Shown here: in pieces, positions 1 through 11,751 of the stretch | Layout of the letters: each line of letters opens with the position of its first letter | How positions within the stretch are numbered: position 1 is the first letter of the stretch | NCBI GenBank assembly: GCA_963773065.1 | Contig: CAVYZN010000008.1 | Location: 229,752 to 293,751, forward strand | Length of the DNA: 64,000 bases | Direction of reading: 5' to 3' | Source: an uncultured Gammaproteobacteria bacterium | GTDB lineage: Bacteria > Pseudomonadota > Gammaproteobacteria > UBA9214 | Notes under the pieces: model-generated | The model's input: only the letters and a program-made list of their open reading frames with translations | Told to the model about the DNA's origin: nothing | The model's database searches: none | Translations under genes and position numbers: made by a program

Positions 1-295
1 CCGTAATGGACGATTGGATCTGAAGACCACGGGACCGCCCGGAAGTCAGCCGGAGGGTTTTTATCCCTGGTTCGAGATTCCCGCGCGCGCCAGCCAGGGA
101 ATGAACATCATTTTCGGTCACTGGTCCACCCTGCGAACCCCGGACATCCCCGGCGTTTACCCGATCGATTCGGGATGCCTGTGGGGCGGGCTACTGACGG
201 CGCTGCGGATCGACACCCGGCCCGAGCGTATCGACCTGCCCTGCCCGGGATGGCTGGCGCCGGGCAATGGCCAACAGGCTGTTAATCGAGTTTGA
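1..295 (+). CDS. apaH: Symmetrical bis(5'-nucleosyl)-tetraphosphatase, C-terminal part (5' end outside window)
   Basis: PWF...IIFGHWSTL...IDSGCLWGGLLTALR motifs; convergent with folA as in other gammaproteobacteria. Confidence 0.9.
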   Translation, partial: RNGRLDLKTTGPPGSQPEGFYPWFEIPARASQGMNIIFGHWSTLRTPDIPGVYPIDSGCLWGGLLTALRIDTRPERIDLPCPGWLAPGNGQQAVNRV

Positions 296-811
296 TCAGC
301 CCGTATCCTGCGGGGCCACGCGCTCGAGCCGGATAAAACTGTAGGGCCAGGGGTTCTTCTCGTCCGGCTCGCAGTCCGTTCGCTCAACCTCCCGCCATTC
401 ACCTACATTCAGCTCCGGGAACAGGGCATCACCCTCGAATTCCTCGTGGACCAGGGTCAGATAGATACGATCGGCCTTCGGCAACAGTTGCCAGTAAAAA
501 TCCGTGCCACCGATCACCATCACTTCCTCATGATCGCCTGCCGCCTTAAGCGCACTCTCGATAGAGTGCACGACGACACACCCTGGAGCCGCGTAAGCGT
601 GGTCGCGGGTGACGACGATATTGGTACGCTCCGGCAAGGGACGGCCGATCGATTCATAGGTTTTGCGCCCCATCAGGATCGGCTTGCCGAGAGTCACCCG
701 CTTGAAGTGCCTGAGATCCGCCGGCAGGCGCCAGGGGAGCCGGTTATCCCGTCCGATGACACGGTTGGCGGCCATCGCCACCACGATGGCGATTTTCATG
801 GGGCCGCTCAA
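296..811 (-). CDS. folA: Dihydrofolate reductase
   Basis: [47 protein letters not shown] motifs. Confidence 0.97.
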   Translation of the reverse strand: MSGPMKIAIVVAMAANRVIGRDNRLPWRLPADLRHFKRVTLGKPILMGRKTYESIGRPLPERTNIVVTRDHAYAAPGCVVVHSIESALKAAGDHEEVMVIGGTDFYWQLLPKADRIYLTLVHEEFEGDALFPELNVGEWREVERTDCEPDEKNPWPYSFIRLERVAPQDTG

Positions 812-1602
812 ACCGCCACCGGCGCCTTGATAGGCGGATACGGGTCGTAATGCTGCAACGCGAAGTCCTCGAAGGTAAAGGCGAACAGATCCTCGATCGC
901 GGGATTGATGCGCATGACGGGCAAGGGCTTCGGTGTGCGCGATAGTTGCAAATCGGCCTGTTCCAAGTGGTTAAGATAGAGGTGCGCATCACCCAGGGTA
1001 TGCACGAACTCCCCTGCCTGCAGGCCTGTCACCTGGGCCATCATCTGCGTCAGCAGTGCATAGGAGGCGATATTGAACGGGACGCCCAGAAAAATATCCG
1101 CGCTGCGCTGGTACATCTGGCAGGAGAGTTTCCCGTTTGCCACGTAGAACTGGAAAAAGGCATGGCAGGGCGGCAACGCCATTTTTTCGATCTCTCCCAC
1201 ATTCCAGGCGCTGACGATGAGGCGGCGGGAATGGGGATTGTTTTTTATCTGGTCGATGACCTGGCCGATCTGATCGATGTGACGGCCATCGGCCGTCGCC
1301 CAGGAACGCCATTGGGAACCGTAGATCGGCCCCAGTTCGCCATTCTCATCCGCCCACTCATCCCAGATGGTGACGTTGTGGTCGTGCAGGTAGGCAACGT
1401 TGGTATCGCCCTTCAGGAACCACAGCAGCTCGTGAACGATGGAGCGCAGGTGCAGTTTCTTGGTGGTGACCAGCGGGAACCCCGCAGCGAGATCGAAGCG
1501 CATCTGGTAGCCGAACACGCTGAGCGTGCCGGTGCCGGTCCGGTCTTCCTTGCGCACACCGTGATCGCGCACCTGGCGCATCAGGTCAAGGTATTGCTTC
1601 AT
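808..1602 (-). CDS. thyA: Thymidylate synthase
   Basis: DRTGTGT, ALPPCH catalytic Cys, [18 protein letters not shown]. Confidence 0.98.
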   Translation of the reverse strand: MKQYLDLMRQVRDHGVRKEDRTGTGTLSVFGYQMRFDLAAGFPLVTTKKLHLRSIVHELLWFLKGDTNVAYLHDHNVTIWDEWADENGELGPIYGSQWRSWATADGRHIDQIGQVIDQIKNNPHSRRLIVSAWNVGEIEKMALPPCHAFFQFYVANGKLSCQMYQRSADIFLGVPFNIASYALLTQMMAQVTGLQAGEFVHTLGDAHLYLNHLEQADLQLSRTPKPLPVMRINPAIEDLFAFTFEDFALQHYDPYPPIKAPVAV

Positions 1603-1619
1603 GGTTTGCCGTTATCCAG

Positions 1620-2423
1620 CTACCAACTGACGGCGCCGTCGGTGCGCCGGTAGGCGTAGGCAAGAAACGCGGCGCCCAGGACGATCATGGGCAGGGACAG
1701 CAGATGCCCCATCGTGAGCCAGCCGAAGGCGATAAACCCCATCTGCGCGTCCGGCTGGCGCATGAACTCGACCAGGAAGCGGAACACGCCGTAACACAGC
1801 AGAAACAGGCCGGACACGGCCATGGTGGGACGCGGCCTGCTCGAGTAAACCCACAGGATGACAAACAGCACCACGCCCTCGAGCAGCGCCTCATAGAGCA
1901 TCGAGGGATGGCGCGGCTGGGCGTCCACGAAGGGAAACACCATCCCCCAGGGCAGGTCGGTGGGCCGTCCCCAGAGTTCGCCATTGATGAAATTGCCGAT
2001 GCGCCCGGCGCCGAGCCCGACGGGAATCAAGGGTGCGATATAGTCCGTCACCTGGAAGAATGTCCGGCCGGTGCGCCGCGCATAGAGCCACATCGCGAAC
2101 AACACACCCACCAGGCCGCCATGGAAGGACATGCCGCCCTGCCAGATGCGCAGCAGCACCAGGGGATCGGCGAGAAACCCGGAGAAGTTGTACACCAGGG
2201 TGTAACCGATGCGCCCGCCGAGCACCACGCCGAGCGCGGCATAGAATACCAGATCGCCGATTTCCACCGCGCGCCAACCGGTGCCGGGACGGCGGGTGCG
2301 CAGCCGCCCGAGCCACCAGCCGCCCATAAACCCGACCAGGTACATGAGACCATACCAGTGCACCTCGAGCGGGCCCACGCTGATCGCGACGGGGCTTATG
2401 TCCGGGTAAATCAGCATACTCAA
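1620..2423 (-). CDS. lgt: Prolipoprotein diacylglyceryl transferase
   Basis: [37 protein letters not shown]; lgt-thyA synteny. Confidence 0.97.
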   Translation of the reverse strand: MSMLIYPDISPVAISVGPLEVHWYGLMYLVGFMGGWWLGRLRTRRPGTGWRAVEIGDLVFYAALGVVLGGRIGYTLVYNFSGFLADPLVLLRIWQGGMSFHGGLVGVLFAMWLYARRTGRTFFQVTDYIAPLIPVGLGAGRIGNFINGELWGRPTDLPWGMVFPFVDAQPRHPSMLYEALLEGVVLFVILWVYSSRPRPTMAVSGLFLLCYGVFRFLVEFMRQPDAQMGFIAFGWLTMGHLLSLPMIVLGAAFLAYAYRRTDGAVSW

Positions 2424-3625
2424 TCCCGTGCCGGCAATACCCGGCAGAACAATGTCTTCAGATAGGCCGTTTCCGGTATGGCGGGATGGACCGGATGATC
2501 CATGGCCTGAAAGCCCCGCTCCAGGACCTGCAGGCGCCGGCCGGAATCGCGCGCCGCCTGGAGCAGGAGCTGCTGCAGGCGTTCGGCAGCCAGATGCATG
2601 GAGCAGGAGGATGATATCAGGAACCCGCCCGGCTCCAACAGTTGCAGGGCCTGGCGATTGAGGCGGTGGTAGGCACCCTCGCCGCTTTGGATATCCTTGC
2701 GCCGCTTGATAAACGCCGGCGGATCGACCATGACGACATCGAAACGCCGGTTCGCGGCCTGCAGCGCGCCGATGACCTCGAAGGCATCCCCGCTTTCCAC
2801 CCGCACGCGCGCCTCCAGGCCGTTGGCCGCCGCATTGCGCAGCAGGAGTTCCCGCGCCGGCGCCGAGGAATCCACGCAGCAGACCTCCGCGGCGCCGGCG
2901 AACGCCGCCTGCAGACCCCAGGCGCCGATATAGCTGAACACATCGAGCACGCGCCGGCCGCCGACGTACTTGTGCATGGCCAGCCGGTTGCCGCGCTGGT
3001 CGAAGAACCAGCCGGTCTTCTGGCCCTCGCCCAAGGGCGCCTCGAATTGCACGCCGCCCTCTTCGAGGCGCACGCAGGCGGGCACCACGCCGATGGTTTC
3101 AACATAGGAATCCAGCCGCTCCAGTTCGCGCACCGGGGTATCGTTGCGCAGCAACACCCCCTTGACGTCCAGCACGCGCCGCAGCGCGCCCAGGATTTCC
3201 GCCTTGCAGCGCTCCATGCCGGCCGTGGTGATCTGCATCACCAGCACCTCGCCGTAGCGGTCGACGATCAGGCCGGGAAGGCCGTCGCCCTCGCCATACA
3301 CCAGCCGGTAATACGGCCTGTCGAACAGCGCCTCCCGCAACGCCAGCGCCGTTTGTATCCTGTGCGCGAAGAACGCTTCATCGAATGCCGCGTCGGCGCG
3401 GCGGGTCACGAGCCGCGCGCAGATGAGCGTATGGGGATTGATGTAGCCGGTACCGAGGCTTCGGCCGGCGGAGGATTGGATGTTGACCGCGCCGCCCGGT
3501 TCAAACGCGGGCAGCGGGGTCTTGCGCGTATCGACCTCGTTGCTGTACACCCACAGGTGACCGGCCAGCAGGCGACGTTCCTCGTTCTTCTTCAGCATCA
3601 GGACCGGAAGCGAGGCTGCGGGCAT
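2420..3625 (-). CDS. rlmI: RlmI-type SAM-dependent 23S rRNA m5C methyltransferase
   Basis: [12 protein letters not shown]-like start, [41 protein letters not shown]; start placed at ATG 3625. Confidence 0.85.
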   Translation of the reverse strand: MPAASLPVLMLKKNEERRLLAGHLWVYSNEVDTRKTPLPAFEPGGAVNIQSSAGRSLGTGYINPHTLICARLVTRRADAAFDEAFFAHRIQTALALREALFDRPYYRLVYGEGDGLPGLIVDRYGEVLVMQITTAGMERCKAEILGALRRVLDVKGVLLRNDTPVRELERLDSYVETIGVVPACVRLEEGGVQFEAPLGEGQKTGWFFDQRGNRLAMHKYVGGRRVLDVFSYIGAWGLQAAFAGAAEVCCVDSSAPARELLLRNAAANGLEARVRVESGDAFEVIGALQAANRRFDVVMVDPPAFIKRRKDIQSGEGAYHRLNRQALQLLEPGGFLISSSCSMHLAAERLQQLLLQAARDSGRRLQVLERGFQAMDHPVHPAIPETAYLKTLFCRVLPARD

Positions 3626-3659
3626 GCGGGTAGCGGAAACGGTGGGCCAGTGCGGCATT

Positions 3660-5255
3660 CTACGGTAAAAGCGTCGGATCGGCCGCAAGCACGCGACCCT
3701 CCCAGATCGCCAGATGGCCGCCGCGATAGGGTTGGTCGAAGACGGCGGCGGAGTGTCCGGCCGCCGGGCCGGGATAATAGGCGATGACATAACCCTCCGG
3801 GTGTTCCCTGGACCATGCCGGCGCCTGCTCCGGGGGCAGGTTCTCGATGGGGCGCGCCAGCCGGCCGTAAAAACCGAACTGGCCGTGATACTCGGACAGA
3901 GCTGGCGACCGGCCGCCCCGCCGCCTGGGCCGCGGCGATCACCCGGCTGGCCTCGCGCAGGTCATAGGCCGGCGCGGCGATCCGGAAGACGCCGAGGTAC
4001 ACGATGGAGAGGACCCCGGCGGACAGGACCGCCACCATGACCGGGTATTGTTCCATGCGCAGCGGTTTCATCAGCGCCAGTGCTACGGCGCCGGCGATGA
4101 GCGCGCCACCCCAGAGCGGGCTGACCGAACCCGCCCACGGCGGCGCGGCGAACAGGGAGGGGGCCGCCACCAGGAACATGCCGCCAAGCAATAACAGGAC
4201 GGCCAGCGCCCGCGGCCGCCGTGTCGCGCCCTGTTGCTCCGCCAGCGACAGCACGCGTGAGACCAGCAGGGCAAACGCCGGCAACACGGGCAGCAGATAC
4301 TTGAGCTGCTTGCCGCTCGTGATGCTCATGAGCAGCAGCGTGGACAACAGCCAGACCAGACACAGGCGCAGGCCGGTATCGCCGGGATGGCGCATCGACC
4401 GCCACAGGTATTTCCACAGCCAGGGCAACAACAGCCAGGGCGCGAACAGCACCGGCAACCAGGGGAGATACCACCACCCGGGTTGGGCATGGGCGAAGGC
4501 GCTCACCATCCGCTCGGCCGTCTGTCCCCACAGGAGCGCGTGCCGGTAGTCCTCGCCACCCGACCTGCGCCGCCGGCAACACCCAGGCAAGCGCGATCAT
4601 GGCCCCGAGCAGCAGACTCGCGCCGATACCCGCGTACCAGGACCGCCAGGAACACAGTGGCTGGTCACGCAGCCAGACCGGTCCCAGCAGGGCCGCCGGC
4701 AGGACATGCAGCAGAATCACCGGCCCCTTGGCCAGACCGCCGAGCCCGAGGCAGAGCCCGGTGAGCAGCCAGCCGCCGCGCCTACCCTCGCCCGCCGCCA
4801 CGAGACCGGTCATGGCGAGTACGGTAAACAGCACCAGCAGCATGTCGAACTGCACCCAGGTGTAAAAGGCCGTCCAGACGATGCAGCCGAAACAGGACCC
4901 AGGGCACGAGTTGTCGCGTCATGGCATCCCGCGGCCAGAGCCGCCAGGCCAGGTTTGCCGTCGCCCACAGCGCGGCCAGCGAGACGAGCGCGGCCACGCA
5001 GCGCGGCCACCACTCGTTGACTCCGAACAACCACCAACCGGCGTGGATCAGCCAGAAAAACAGCGGCGGCTTGTCGCTGTAGGGCGCGCCGTTGAGATAC
5101 GGGACGAGAAAATCCCCGCGCCGCCACATCTCCCAGGCGACGCCGACATAGCGCGTTTCATCGACGGGCAACAGCGGGCGCGTCAGCAGGGACAGCAGCA
5201 GAAGCAGCAGCCACAGCGCCAGCAGACCCAGCGGCGCCCATGAACGCGGCGTCAT
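3660..5255 (-). CDS. ArnT-like GT39/GT83 membrane glycosyltransferase (split by several frameshifts, probably sequencing errors)
   Basis: DETRYVGVAWEM, YSDKPPLFFW, LAKGPV, FAHAQPGWWYL, SGKQLKYLLP lie in three consecutive frames. Confidence 0.85.
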
Positions 5256-5539
5256 CCGCCGCCGGCCGCCGGCCGGTCATCGCGGCGTTCCCGGTAGATG
5301 AAATACAGGTTGCGCGCATAGATCAAGAGGCCGCCGGCCTGGCCGGCGATGAACACCGGGTCCTGGCGGTAGATGGCGTAACTCAACAGGGTCACCCCTC
5401 CCGCCAGGCTGAAAAACCAGAAGGCCACGGGGATGACGCTGCGTTTCCGCCGTTCGCTGTACCACCACTGGATGATAAAACGCATCGAAAACAGCGCCTG
5501 TCCCGTAAACCCGACCACCAGCCAGAATATGCCCTGCAT
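5252..5539 (-). CDS. Lipid A biosynthesis N-terminal domain (LAB_N) membrane protein
   Basis: GFTGQALFSMRFIIQW..SE...SVIPVAFWFFSLAGG...DPVFIAGQ. Confidence 0.88.
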   Translation of the reverse strand: MQGIFWLVVGFTGQALFSMRFIIQWWYSERRKRSVIPVAFWFFSLAGGVTLLSYAIYRQDPVFIAGQAGGLLIYARNLYFIYRERRDDRPAAGGG

Positions 5540-5542
5540 CCG

Positions 5543-6262
5543 CTACTCCCCTTCCTCGACCACCGGCCGCAGCGCGCGGCGTTTGAGCCACCACACCCCC
5601 AGCAGGTCCACGATCCCGACCCAGAGGCGGTTGTTAAGGCCATATTTCGAGCGCCCGCCGGTGCGCTCGCGATGCGTGATCTCAACCGACAGCACCCGCC
5701 CGCCCTGGCGTTGCACCAGCGCCGGCAGGAAGCGGTGCATGTGATCGAAGCGCGGCAGACTGGCAAAGGTTTCGCGCGCGAACGCCTTGAGACCGCAGGC
5801 GCTGTCCGGCGTGCCATCGCCAAGCACCAGGTGCGCGCACCCGGTTGGCGATGCGGGATGAAACGAGCTCTCAGCACTACTGTCCCGGCGCGACACGCGA
5901 TGGCCGATGACCAGCGCGACATCCGCCGGCTGCCTTCCGCAGGGTGCGGTAGAACGCAGAATGTCGGCCGGGTCGTTCTGCCCGTCGCCGTCCAGGGTGA
6001 CGATCCAGGCGGAGCGCGCCGCGGCGACGCCGGTGGCGATGGCCGCCGACTGCCCGCAGCGGGTCCGGTGGCGGATAACCTTCAGTCGCGGATAGCGCTC
6101 GCGGCAGCGGGACAGTTCGGCGCGGGTGGCATCGGTACTGCCGTCATCCACCACGATGATTTCGTACCCCGCCTGCCCGGTGAGGGCGGCGGTGATTTCC
6201 TCAAGCAGCGGAGCTAGGCTTTCCGCCTCATTCAGAACCGGGATGACGATGGCAAGATCCAC
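5543..6262 (-). CDS. GT2 polyprenol-phosphate glycosyltransferase (ArnC/Dpm1-like)
   Basis: [47 protein letters not shown]. Confidence 0.92.
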   Translation of the reverse strand: MDLAIVIPVLNEAESLAPLLEEITAALTGQAGYEIIVVDDGSTDATRAELSRCRERYPRLKVIRHRTRCGQSAAIATGVAAARSAWIVTLDGDGQNDPADILRSTAPCGRQPADVALVIGHRVSRRDSSAESSFHPASPTGCAHLVLGDGTPDSACGLKAFARETFASLPRFDHMHRFLPALVQRQGGRVLSVEITHRERTGGRSKYGLNNRLWVGIVDLLGVWWLKRRALRPVVEEGE

Positions 6263-6379
6263 GCGATTTCCCTACAGCAGGTGGGTTGTAAACCTTCTTC
6301 CCAGGCGACACGCTATGATTATCCAAGTCCGGCAGACCCCTACCGCACGATGCCTGTTGACCGGCACTTCCCCCTGGCC

Positions 6380-8477
6380 ATGAGCGAGCACAGCGACTAT
6401 ACCAACCAACTCATCAACGAGACCAGCCCTTACCTGCTGCAGCATGCGCACAACCCGGTGAACTGGTATCCCTGGGGACCCGCGGCGCTGGAGAAGGCGC
6501 GCAGCGAGAACAAGCCCATCCTGCTCTCGGTGGGTTACTCGGCCTGTCACTGGTGCCACGTCATGGCGCACGAGTCCTTCGAGGACCCGGCGACCGCCGA
6601 CCTCATGAACCGGCTGTTCGTCAACATCAAGGTCGACCGGGAGGAGCGCCCGGACATCGACAGGATCTACCAGACCTCCCACTCCTTATTGACCCGAAGG
6701 CCGGGCGGCTGGCCGCTGACCGTGTTCCTGACGCCGGATGACCGGGTGCCGTTCTTCGCCGGCACCTATTTCCCGAACGAACCCCGGCACGGCATGCCGT
6801 CCTTCCGGGAGTTGATGCAGCGCATCGTCGGCTTCCTCGCCGAACACCCGAACGAGATACGCGACCAGAACGCCTCCCTGCTTAAGGCCCTGCAATCCCT
6901 CGACGGCGATGAGCGGCGGCGCGTGCACCCTCAGCCCGCTGCCGCTCGATACCGCCCGCCGGCAGCTCGAGCAGAGTTTCGATGAACGCCACGGCGGTTT
7001 CGGCCAGGCTCCGAAGTTCCCGCACCCGACCAACCTGGAATGCCTGCTGCGGCACTGGGCCGGCACCTGCCGCCATGGCGGCGGGAGCGACCGGCGCGCC
7101 CTGCACATGGCGGTGTTTACGCTGGAGAAAATGGCGCAGGGCGGCATCTACGACCAGTTGGGCGGCGGCTTCTGCCGTTATTCCGTGGATGATCGCTGGA
7201 TGATCCCCCACTTCGAGAAGATGCTTTACGACAACGGCGCCCTGCTCGCGCTCTACGCGCAGGCGTATGCCGCGACCGGCAACGCGCTGTTCAAGCGCAC
7301 CTGTGAACAGACCGCCGCCTGGGTGATGCGCGAAATGCAGGCGCCCGAGGGCGGCTACTATTCCAGCCTGGATGCGGATTCCGAAGGCGAGGAAGGCCGG
7401 TTCTACATCTGGACGCCGCGGGAAATCGAGCCGCTGCTGGAGCCGGCGGACTACGCGCTGTTCGCGCGCCACTTCGGCCTCGACCGGCCCGCCAACTTCG
7501 AGGGCCATTGGCACCTGCACGTCTATCGCAGCCGCACGCAGCTCGCCGGGGAATTTTCCCTCACCCTCGACGAGGTCGACCGCCGCATCGACCGGGCCTG
7601 CGCGACGCTGCTCGCGGTGCGCGCGCGGCGGGTGCGCCCGGGGCGCGATGAGAAGATACTGACCGCCTGGAACGGGCTGATGATCCGCGGCATGGCGATC
7701 GCGGGACGCCACCTCGACAACCCGGCCTGGATCGCGTCCGCGGAGCGCGCGGTCGATTTCATCCGGCAGCGTCTTTGGCAAGACGGCCGCCTGCTGGCCA
7801 CGTGCAAGGAGGGCCGCGCGCATCTCAACGCCTACCTCGACGATCATGTCTATCTGATCGATGGCCTCCTGGAACTGCTGCAGGCGCGCTGGCGCGACGC
7901 CGACCTGGCGTTTGCCGTGGAACTCGCCGAGGTGGTGCTCGCCCATTTCCGCGATCCCTCCGGCGGCTTTTTCTTCACCTCGGACGATCACGAGGCGCTG
8001 ATCCAGCGGCCCAAGGCGAACCACGACGACGCCACGCCCTCCGGCAACGGCATCGCCGCCACGGTGCTCTTCCGGCTCGGGCACCTGCTGGGTGAAACCC
8101 GTTACCTGCAGGCCGCGGAGCAGACCGTGAAGGGCCTCTGGCCGAGCCTCGAGTCCATGCCGCACGGCCATGCGAGCCTGCTGGTCGCGCTGGAAGACGC
8201 CGTCTCGCCCGGACAGACGGTGATCCTGCGCGGCGGCGCGGAGGCCATGGGAGACTGGCGCAAGCGCTTGAACCGGACCTATGCGCCGCGACGCCTGGCG
8301 CTGGCCATCCCGGCAACCGAGGCCACGCTGCCCGGCATGCTGGCGAACTACACGCCGCAGGGAGAGGTGGTCGCCTATGCCTGCACGGGTTTACAATGCG
8401 GCCCGCCGGTCACGCGCTTCAGCGACTTCGAGGCCCTGCTCGCCGAAACGGACGCGACCGCAACCGAAGCGGACTAG
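6380..8477 (+). CDS. Thioredoxin-domain protein, YyaL/DUF255 family (frameshift near 6910)
   Basis: [60 protein letters not shown]. Confidence 0.92.
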
Positions 8478-8485
8478 CGTTGTGA

Positions 8486-8625
8486 TTTACCGCAGAGACG
8501 CAGAATACTCAGAGAAAAACATTGCCTGATAAAATCGCGTTGATCACATCCCCGTCATCCCCGCAAGTCGCAACGAATGAACCAGTGAATTTTCATTGCG
8601 AATTTCTCTGCGCCTTTGCGGTGAA
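8486..8625. repeat. 140-bp intergenic element with inverted arms (copy 1)
   Basis: TTTACCGCAGAGACGCAGAA...TCTCTGCGCCTTTGCGGTGAA. Confidence 0.75.
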
Positions 8626-8654
8626 TAATTAACCCTCATTTACAACACGTCACG

Positions 8655-9055
8655 ATGGATACCACAAGCAGCTTGCAGCTACCCGGCGCCCAACTGGAGC
8701 GCATCGAACGGGGCGACGACGACATCACCCTGCACTTCTCGCTGGTTCACCTCGTCCAGGTGATGGAAGGCACCATCCAGGACACCCTGTGGAAACAGGC
8801 ATGCGATCTGGTCATCAGGAACGTGGCGATCCAAGGCGAACTGCCGCCGTGCCCGTGCGAGATCCAGGGCGGTGACATGATCAACAACATCTACACCTAC
8901 CGCGACCACGCCCCCCTGCCGATCGACTGGAGCGGCAGCGTCGGCTGCAAGTTCAGCTCGCCGGCAGCGGCGCCGTGTTCTCGATCGACGGCACCTCCAT
9001 GCAAATGGAAATGATCGACCACCCGCGTTACATCAGGCACATCGACAAAATCTGA
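8655..9055 (+). CDS. Hypothetical protein (probable frameshift near 8960)
   Basis: Coding-like GC3 bias; reading continues in another frame to TGA at 9055. Confidence 0.6.
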
Positions 9056-9087
9056 GGTTGCATGTAAAAGAAAGCCCTGATTCAGCC

Positions 9088-9116
9088 TGTCATTCCCGCG
9101 CAAGCGGGAATCCAGT
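9088..9116. repeat. REP-like palindrome TGTCATTCCCGCGCAAGCGGGAATCCAGT
   Basis: ATTCCCGC-N5-GCGGGAAT hairpin at the left edge of the accessory region. Confidence 0.75.
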
Positions 9117-9138
9117 CTGTCCAGGATCTCTTTATTAC

Positions 9139-9207
9139 GAATTACACTGGTATGAGGCAACGGGTATTGGTAAGAAGGAATTCAAGATTAAACGCTATAT
9201 AGATTGA
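9139..9207 (+). pseudogene. 3' remnant of the usual upstream partner of the 9218 gene (putative TA pair)
   Basis: Translates ELHWYEATGIGKKEFKIKRYID*; no 5' part. Confidence 0.6.
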
Positions 9208-9217
9208 GGATGCAGCG

Positions 9218-9448
9218 ATGACTACTATGACTTCGCGTCAGTTGGTTATATGTGTAAAGAATGAAGACTATCCAGCCTCACTTGAGAAACGGAAGATATA
9301 TGAGGCAATTCCAGATCCGGTGGCAGAAAAGCATGGCCAGATCCGGGTCATAGATGAGTCTGGCGAGGATTATTTGTTTCCGCAAGAATATTTTATTCCC
9401 GTATCACTTCCCAAGAACATAGAAGAAGCCGTAATAAAAGCCGCATAA
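9218..9448 (+). CDS. Small conserved hypothetical protein, putative TA-module component
   Basis: LVICVKNEDYPASLEKRKIY...RVIDESGEDYLFP; GAGG RBS; stop codon inside attC-like GCATAAC. Confidence 0.75.
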   Translation: MTTMTSRQLVICVKNEDYPASLEKRKIYEAIPDPVAEKHGQIRVIDESGEDYLFPQEYFIPVSLPKNIEEAVIKAA

Positions 9449-9611
9449 CACCCCGTTCAACGGGGACTCGCAAAAAGGATCACCGAAGACAGTGTACTTA
9501 TTTCCTGAGAACAGGCATTCGCTCATCGCTAACTTTAGTAAACTGTCGCTGGAATTCGACCAACACCGCGCTCCGATTCAACTCAATCCGCGCGGCGGAT
9601 AAACGCTATTC

Positions 9612-10377
9612 GTCAGGCAACATTGAGCAGTCATGGAGAAAGAGCAGATTCTGAAGGACATTAGACGCCTTGCTGCCGCAAGCGGCGGCAAGCCGCCCGG
9701 AAGTCAGAGATTCCAATCGGAAATGAACCTCGGCAAAGCCGACTGGTACCCTAAGTACTGGCTTCGTTGGAGCGACGCGATTCGCGAAGCTGGTCTTGAG
9801 CCGAACACCTTGAGCGCGCGTTTTGATGAAGAATTCTTGATCAAATGCTACCTTGATCTAACTCGCGAGCTTGGTCGTTTCCCGATCGAGGGCGACTTGA
9901 TGGTTAAGCGCCGCGGAGATCGGAACTTTCCGAATCGGGATGCTTTCGCCCGTCTGGGATCAAAGGCCGAACGGGCTATCAAGATTCTCGCTTACTGTCA
10001 CGAGCACGGTGATTTCGCATCTCTGGTTCCCTTAGTAGAATCCGCAGTTATTGCGACGTCGCCAGAAAACGGGGAATCGTCGGAGCAGCCGACTGTTGGC
10101 TATGTATACCTCCTGCGGCATGGTATACGCCGGTGAATTCAAGATTGGTCGCACGAACAATCCAATGCGGCGAGAAGGTGAAATCGGCATCGAGCTCCCG
10201 CAGGCTCTCAAGCCGATTCACGTCATTGCCACTGATGATCCGGCGGGCATTGAGGCTTACTGGCATCGTCGGTTCGTTGAAAAGCGGTTGAAAAATGAGT
10301 GGTTTGCCTTGTCGCCCGCGGATGTTCTGGCATTCAAGAGATGGAAACGCATTATTTGAGCGCAAATGTTGCCTAAC
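9612..10377 (+). mobile_element. Integron-type gene cassette boundaries (degenerate attC core sites)
   Basis: GTCAGGCAACATT at 9612 and AATGTTGCCTAAC ending 10377 are complementary at 12 of 13 positions, matching GTTRRRY/RYYYAAC. Confidence 0.65.
9633..10359 (+). CDS. GIY-YIG (T5orf172/MUG113-like) nuclease with N-terminal homing-endonuclease-associated repeats (frameshift near 10125)
   Basis: WSDAIREAGLEPN repeat-like segment; GYVYLL...FKIGRTNNPMRR...IEAYWHRRF..KR..NEWF. Confidence 0.8.
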
Positions 10378-10540
10378 CCATCGAGAAAAACCGCCGCAAG
10401 CATAGTTTGCGGCTCCCTCCAGCACTGCCCTCGGCGGTCCCTCATGCGCGGCATTGTACACTCGCACCGCGCTAATTTTCCGATACGTCATTACAGCCGA
10501 TGCCGAGAACGCGTGCGGCCCACGTTTTGGAGTTTAACCA

Positions 10541-10948
10541 ATGGTAATTCTAAGAATGTCCACGCTCTTCACCCAGTCAGCAAATCAGCTGCCGAAAGAA
10601 GCAAAGGTTAAACTGACCAAAACCTTTATGCTTCTAACTAACAATCCCCGACATCCATCACTGCAACTGAAGAAAATCGAGGGCGCTATCCGAAAGAATG
10701 TTTATGAATGTCGGCTGGATCAATTCTGGCTGATTATTCTGCAAGAAGTTGGAGAAATGACCTTTGACTTAGTTTATGTTGGCGCACACGATGAAGCTAT
10801 CCGTTATGGTGCGGGCGTACGTGAAGCGACTGCTCACTATAGCTCGGACCTCCCCCTGGACCGAGTGAATTCATACTTAGCAGGAAACGAGCAAGCACTT
10901 GAGTTTGTAAAAGTAAGTCAGAGTGACTTGGAGATGTTAGGAGATTGA
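10541..10948 (+). CDS. RelE/ParE-superfamily toxin-like protein with C-terminal extension
   Basis: NPRHPSLQLKKIEG...YECRLDQFWLII...VYVGAHDE. Confidence 0.7.
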   Translation: MVILRMSTLFTQSANQLPKEAKVKLTKTFMLLTNNPRHPSLQLKKIEGAIRKNVYECRLDQFWLIILQEVGEMTFDLVYVGAHDEAIRYGAGVREATAHYSSDLPLDRVNSYLAGNEQALEFVKVSQSDLEMLGD

Positions 10949-11059
10949 AGCAATATGTACACCCTGAATTTCTTCCTGTGTTTTCATCAGGAGAGGTATT
11001 TACTGCGGTATCACGTTCTAACCGCCAAGCAGCCTATCACCCCTGCACCCGACCGCTAA

Positions 11060-11125
11060 GCCTGGCTATGACACGATGCTGAAGCTGCTGCACGCCTTGG
11101 GGGTCAAGCTCTCCGCTTCTCCCCT
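11060..11125 (+). pseudogene. C-terminal fragment of HI1420-type addiction antidote (HTH)
   Basis: PGYDTMLKLLHALGVKLSAS resembles the P.FDTILKV..ALG.KL end motif. Confidence 0.45.
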
Positions 11126-11199
11126 CCATTCATGAGCCTGTCGCGCCCCCCATCGCCAGGCCCAAATTTATCTTCCAAGAGAAAGCGAAGTGAATCAAT

Positions 11200-11409
11200 A
11201 TGGGAAGCAAGGAAATACTTAAACAGGCTTTGAAACTAAAACCGGAAGAGAGGTTCACGGTCGTTGAAGGACTGCTGAAGAGTCTTGATGAACCAGACAA
11301 ACAGCTTGATGAGATCTGGGCGGAAGAGGCGGAGAAAAGACTCAAGGCGTATAGAGAAGGTAGATTGGAAGGGATACCCATGGAGGAAATTTTCAAGGAC
11401 GAAACATGA
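11200..11409 (+). CDS. Addiction module antitoxin (TIGR02574-type)
   Basis: ALKLKPEERFTVVEGLLKSLD...WAEEAEKRLKAYREG...IPMEE; overlapping downstream ATG gives only MKAVFLN before breaking off. Confidence 0.85.
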   Translation: MGSKEILKQALKLKPEERFTVVEGLLKSLDEPDKQLDEIWAEEAEKRLKAYREGRLEGIPMEEIFKDET

Positions 11410-11490
11410 AGGCTGTCTTCTTGAATCGCGGGGTTCAGAGTACTTGAAAGGCCAATCAAGATTTCTTTATCGCGCTATATAGATAGATTA

Positions 11491-11680
11491 CCCCATCGTT
11501 GCATAAACGCGATGAAAGAACATCCCGAATCACCGTAAATTATCGCGCAAAACACATCTTTGGAAGAGGTTTAAGGACCTCATTTTGAGAGAGGTTTAGC
11601 GACAGCATTCATTGAGGTGATTCATAGGCAATTCATAGCGATTTCTGTGATTATGTTTTCCAGTTTATGCAACGATAGGG
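11491..11680. mobile_element. 190-bp MITE / internally deleted IS
   Basis: 18-bp terminal inverted repeats CCCCATCGTTGCATAAAC / GTTTATGCAACGATAGGG (1 mismatch), flanked by ATTA on both sides. Confidence 0.75.
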
Positions 11681-11751
11681 ATTAGTGTTCTGACCCTTTG
11701 ATCTCTTTGGTCGCGCGGGCAGGAAGTCTTTAAGCAACCTGCTGTCACTGT

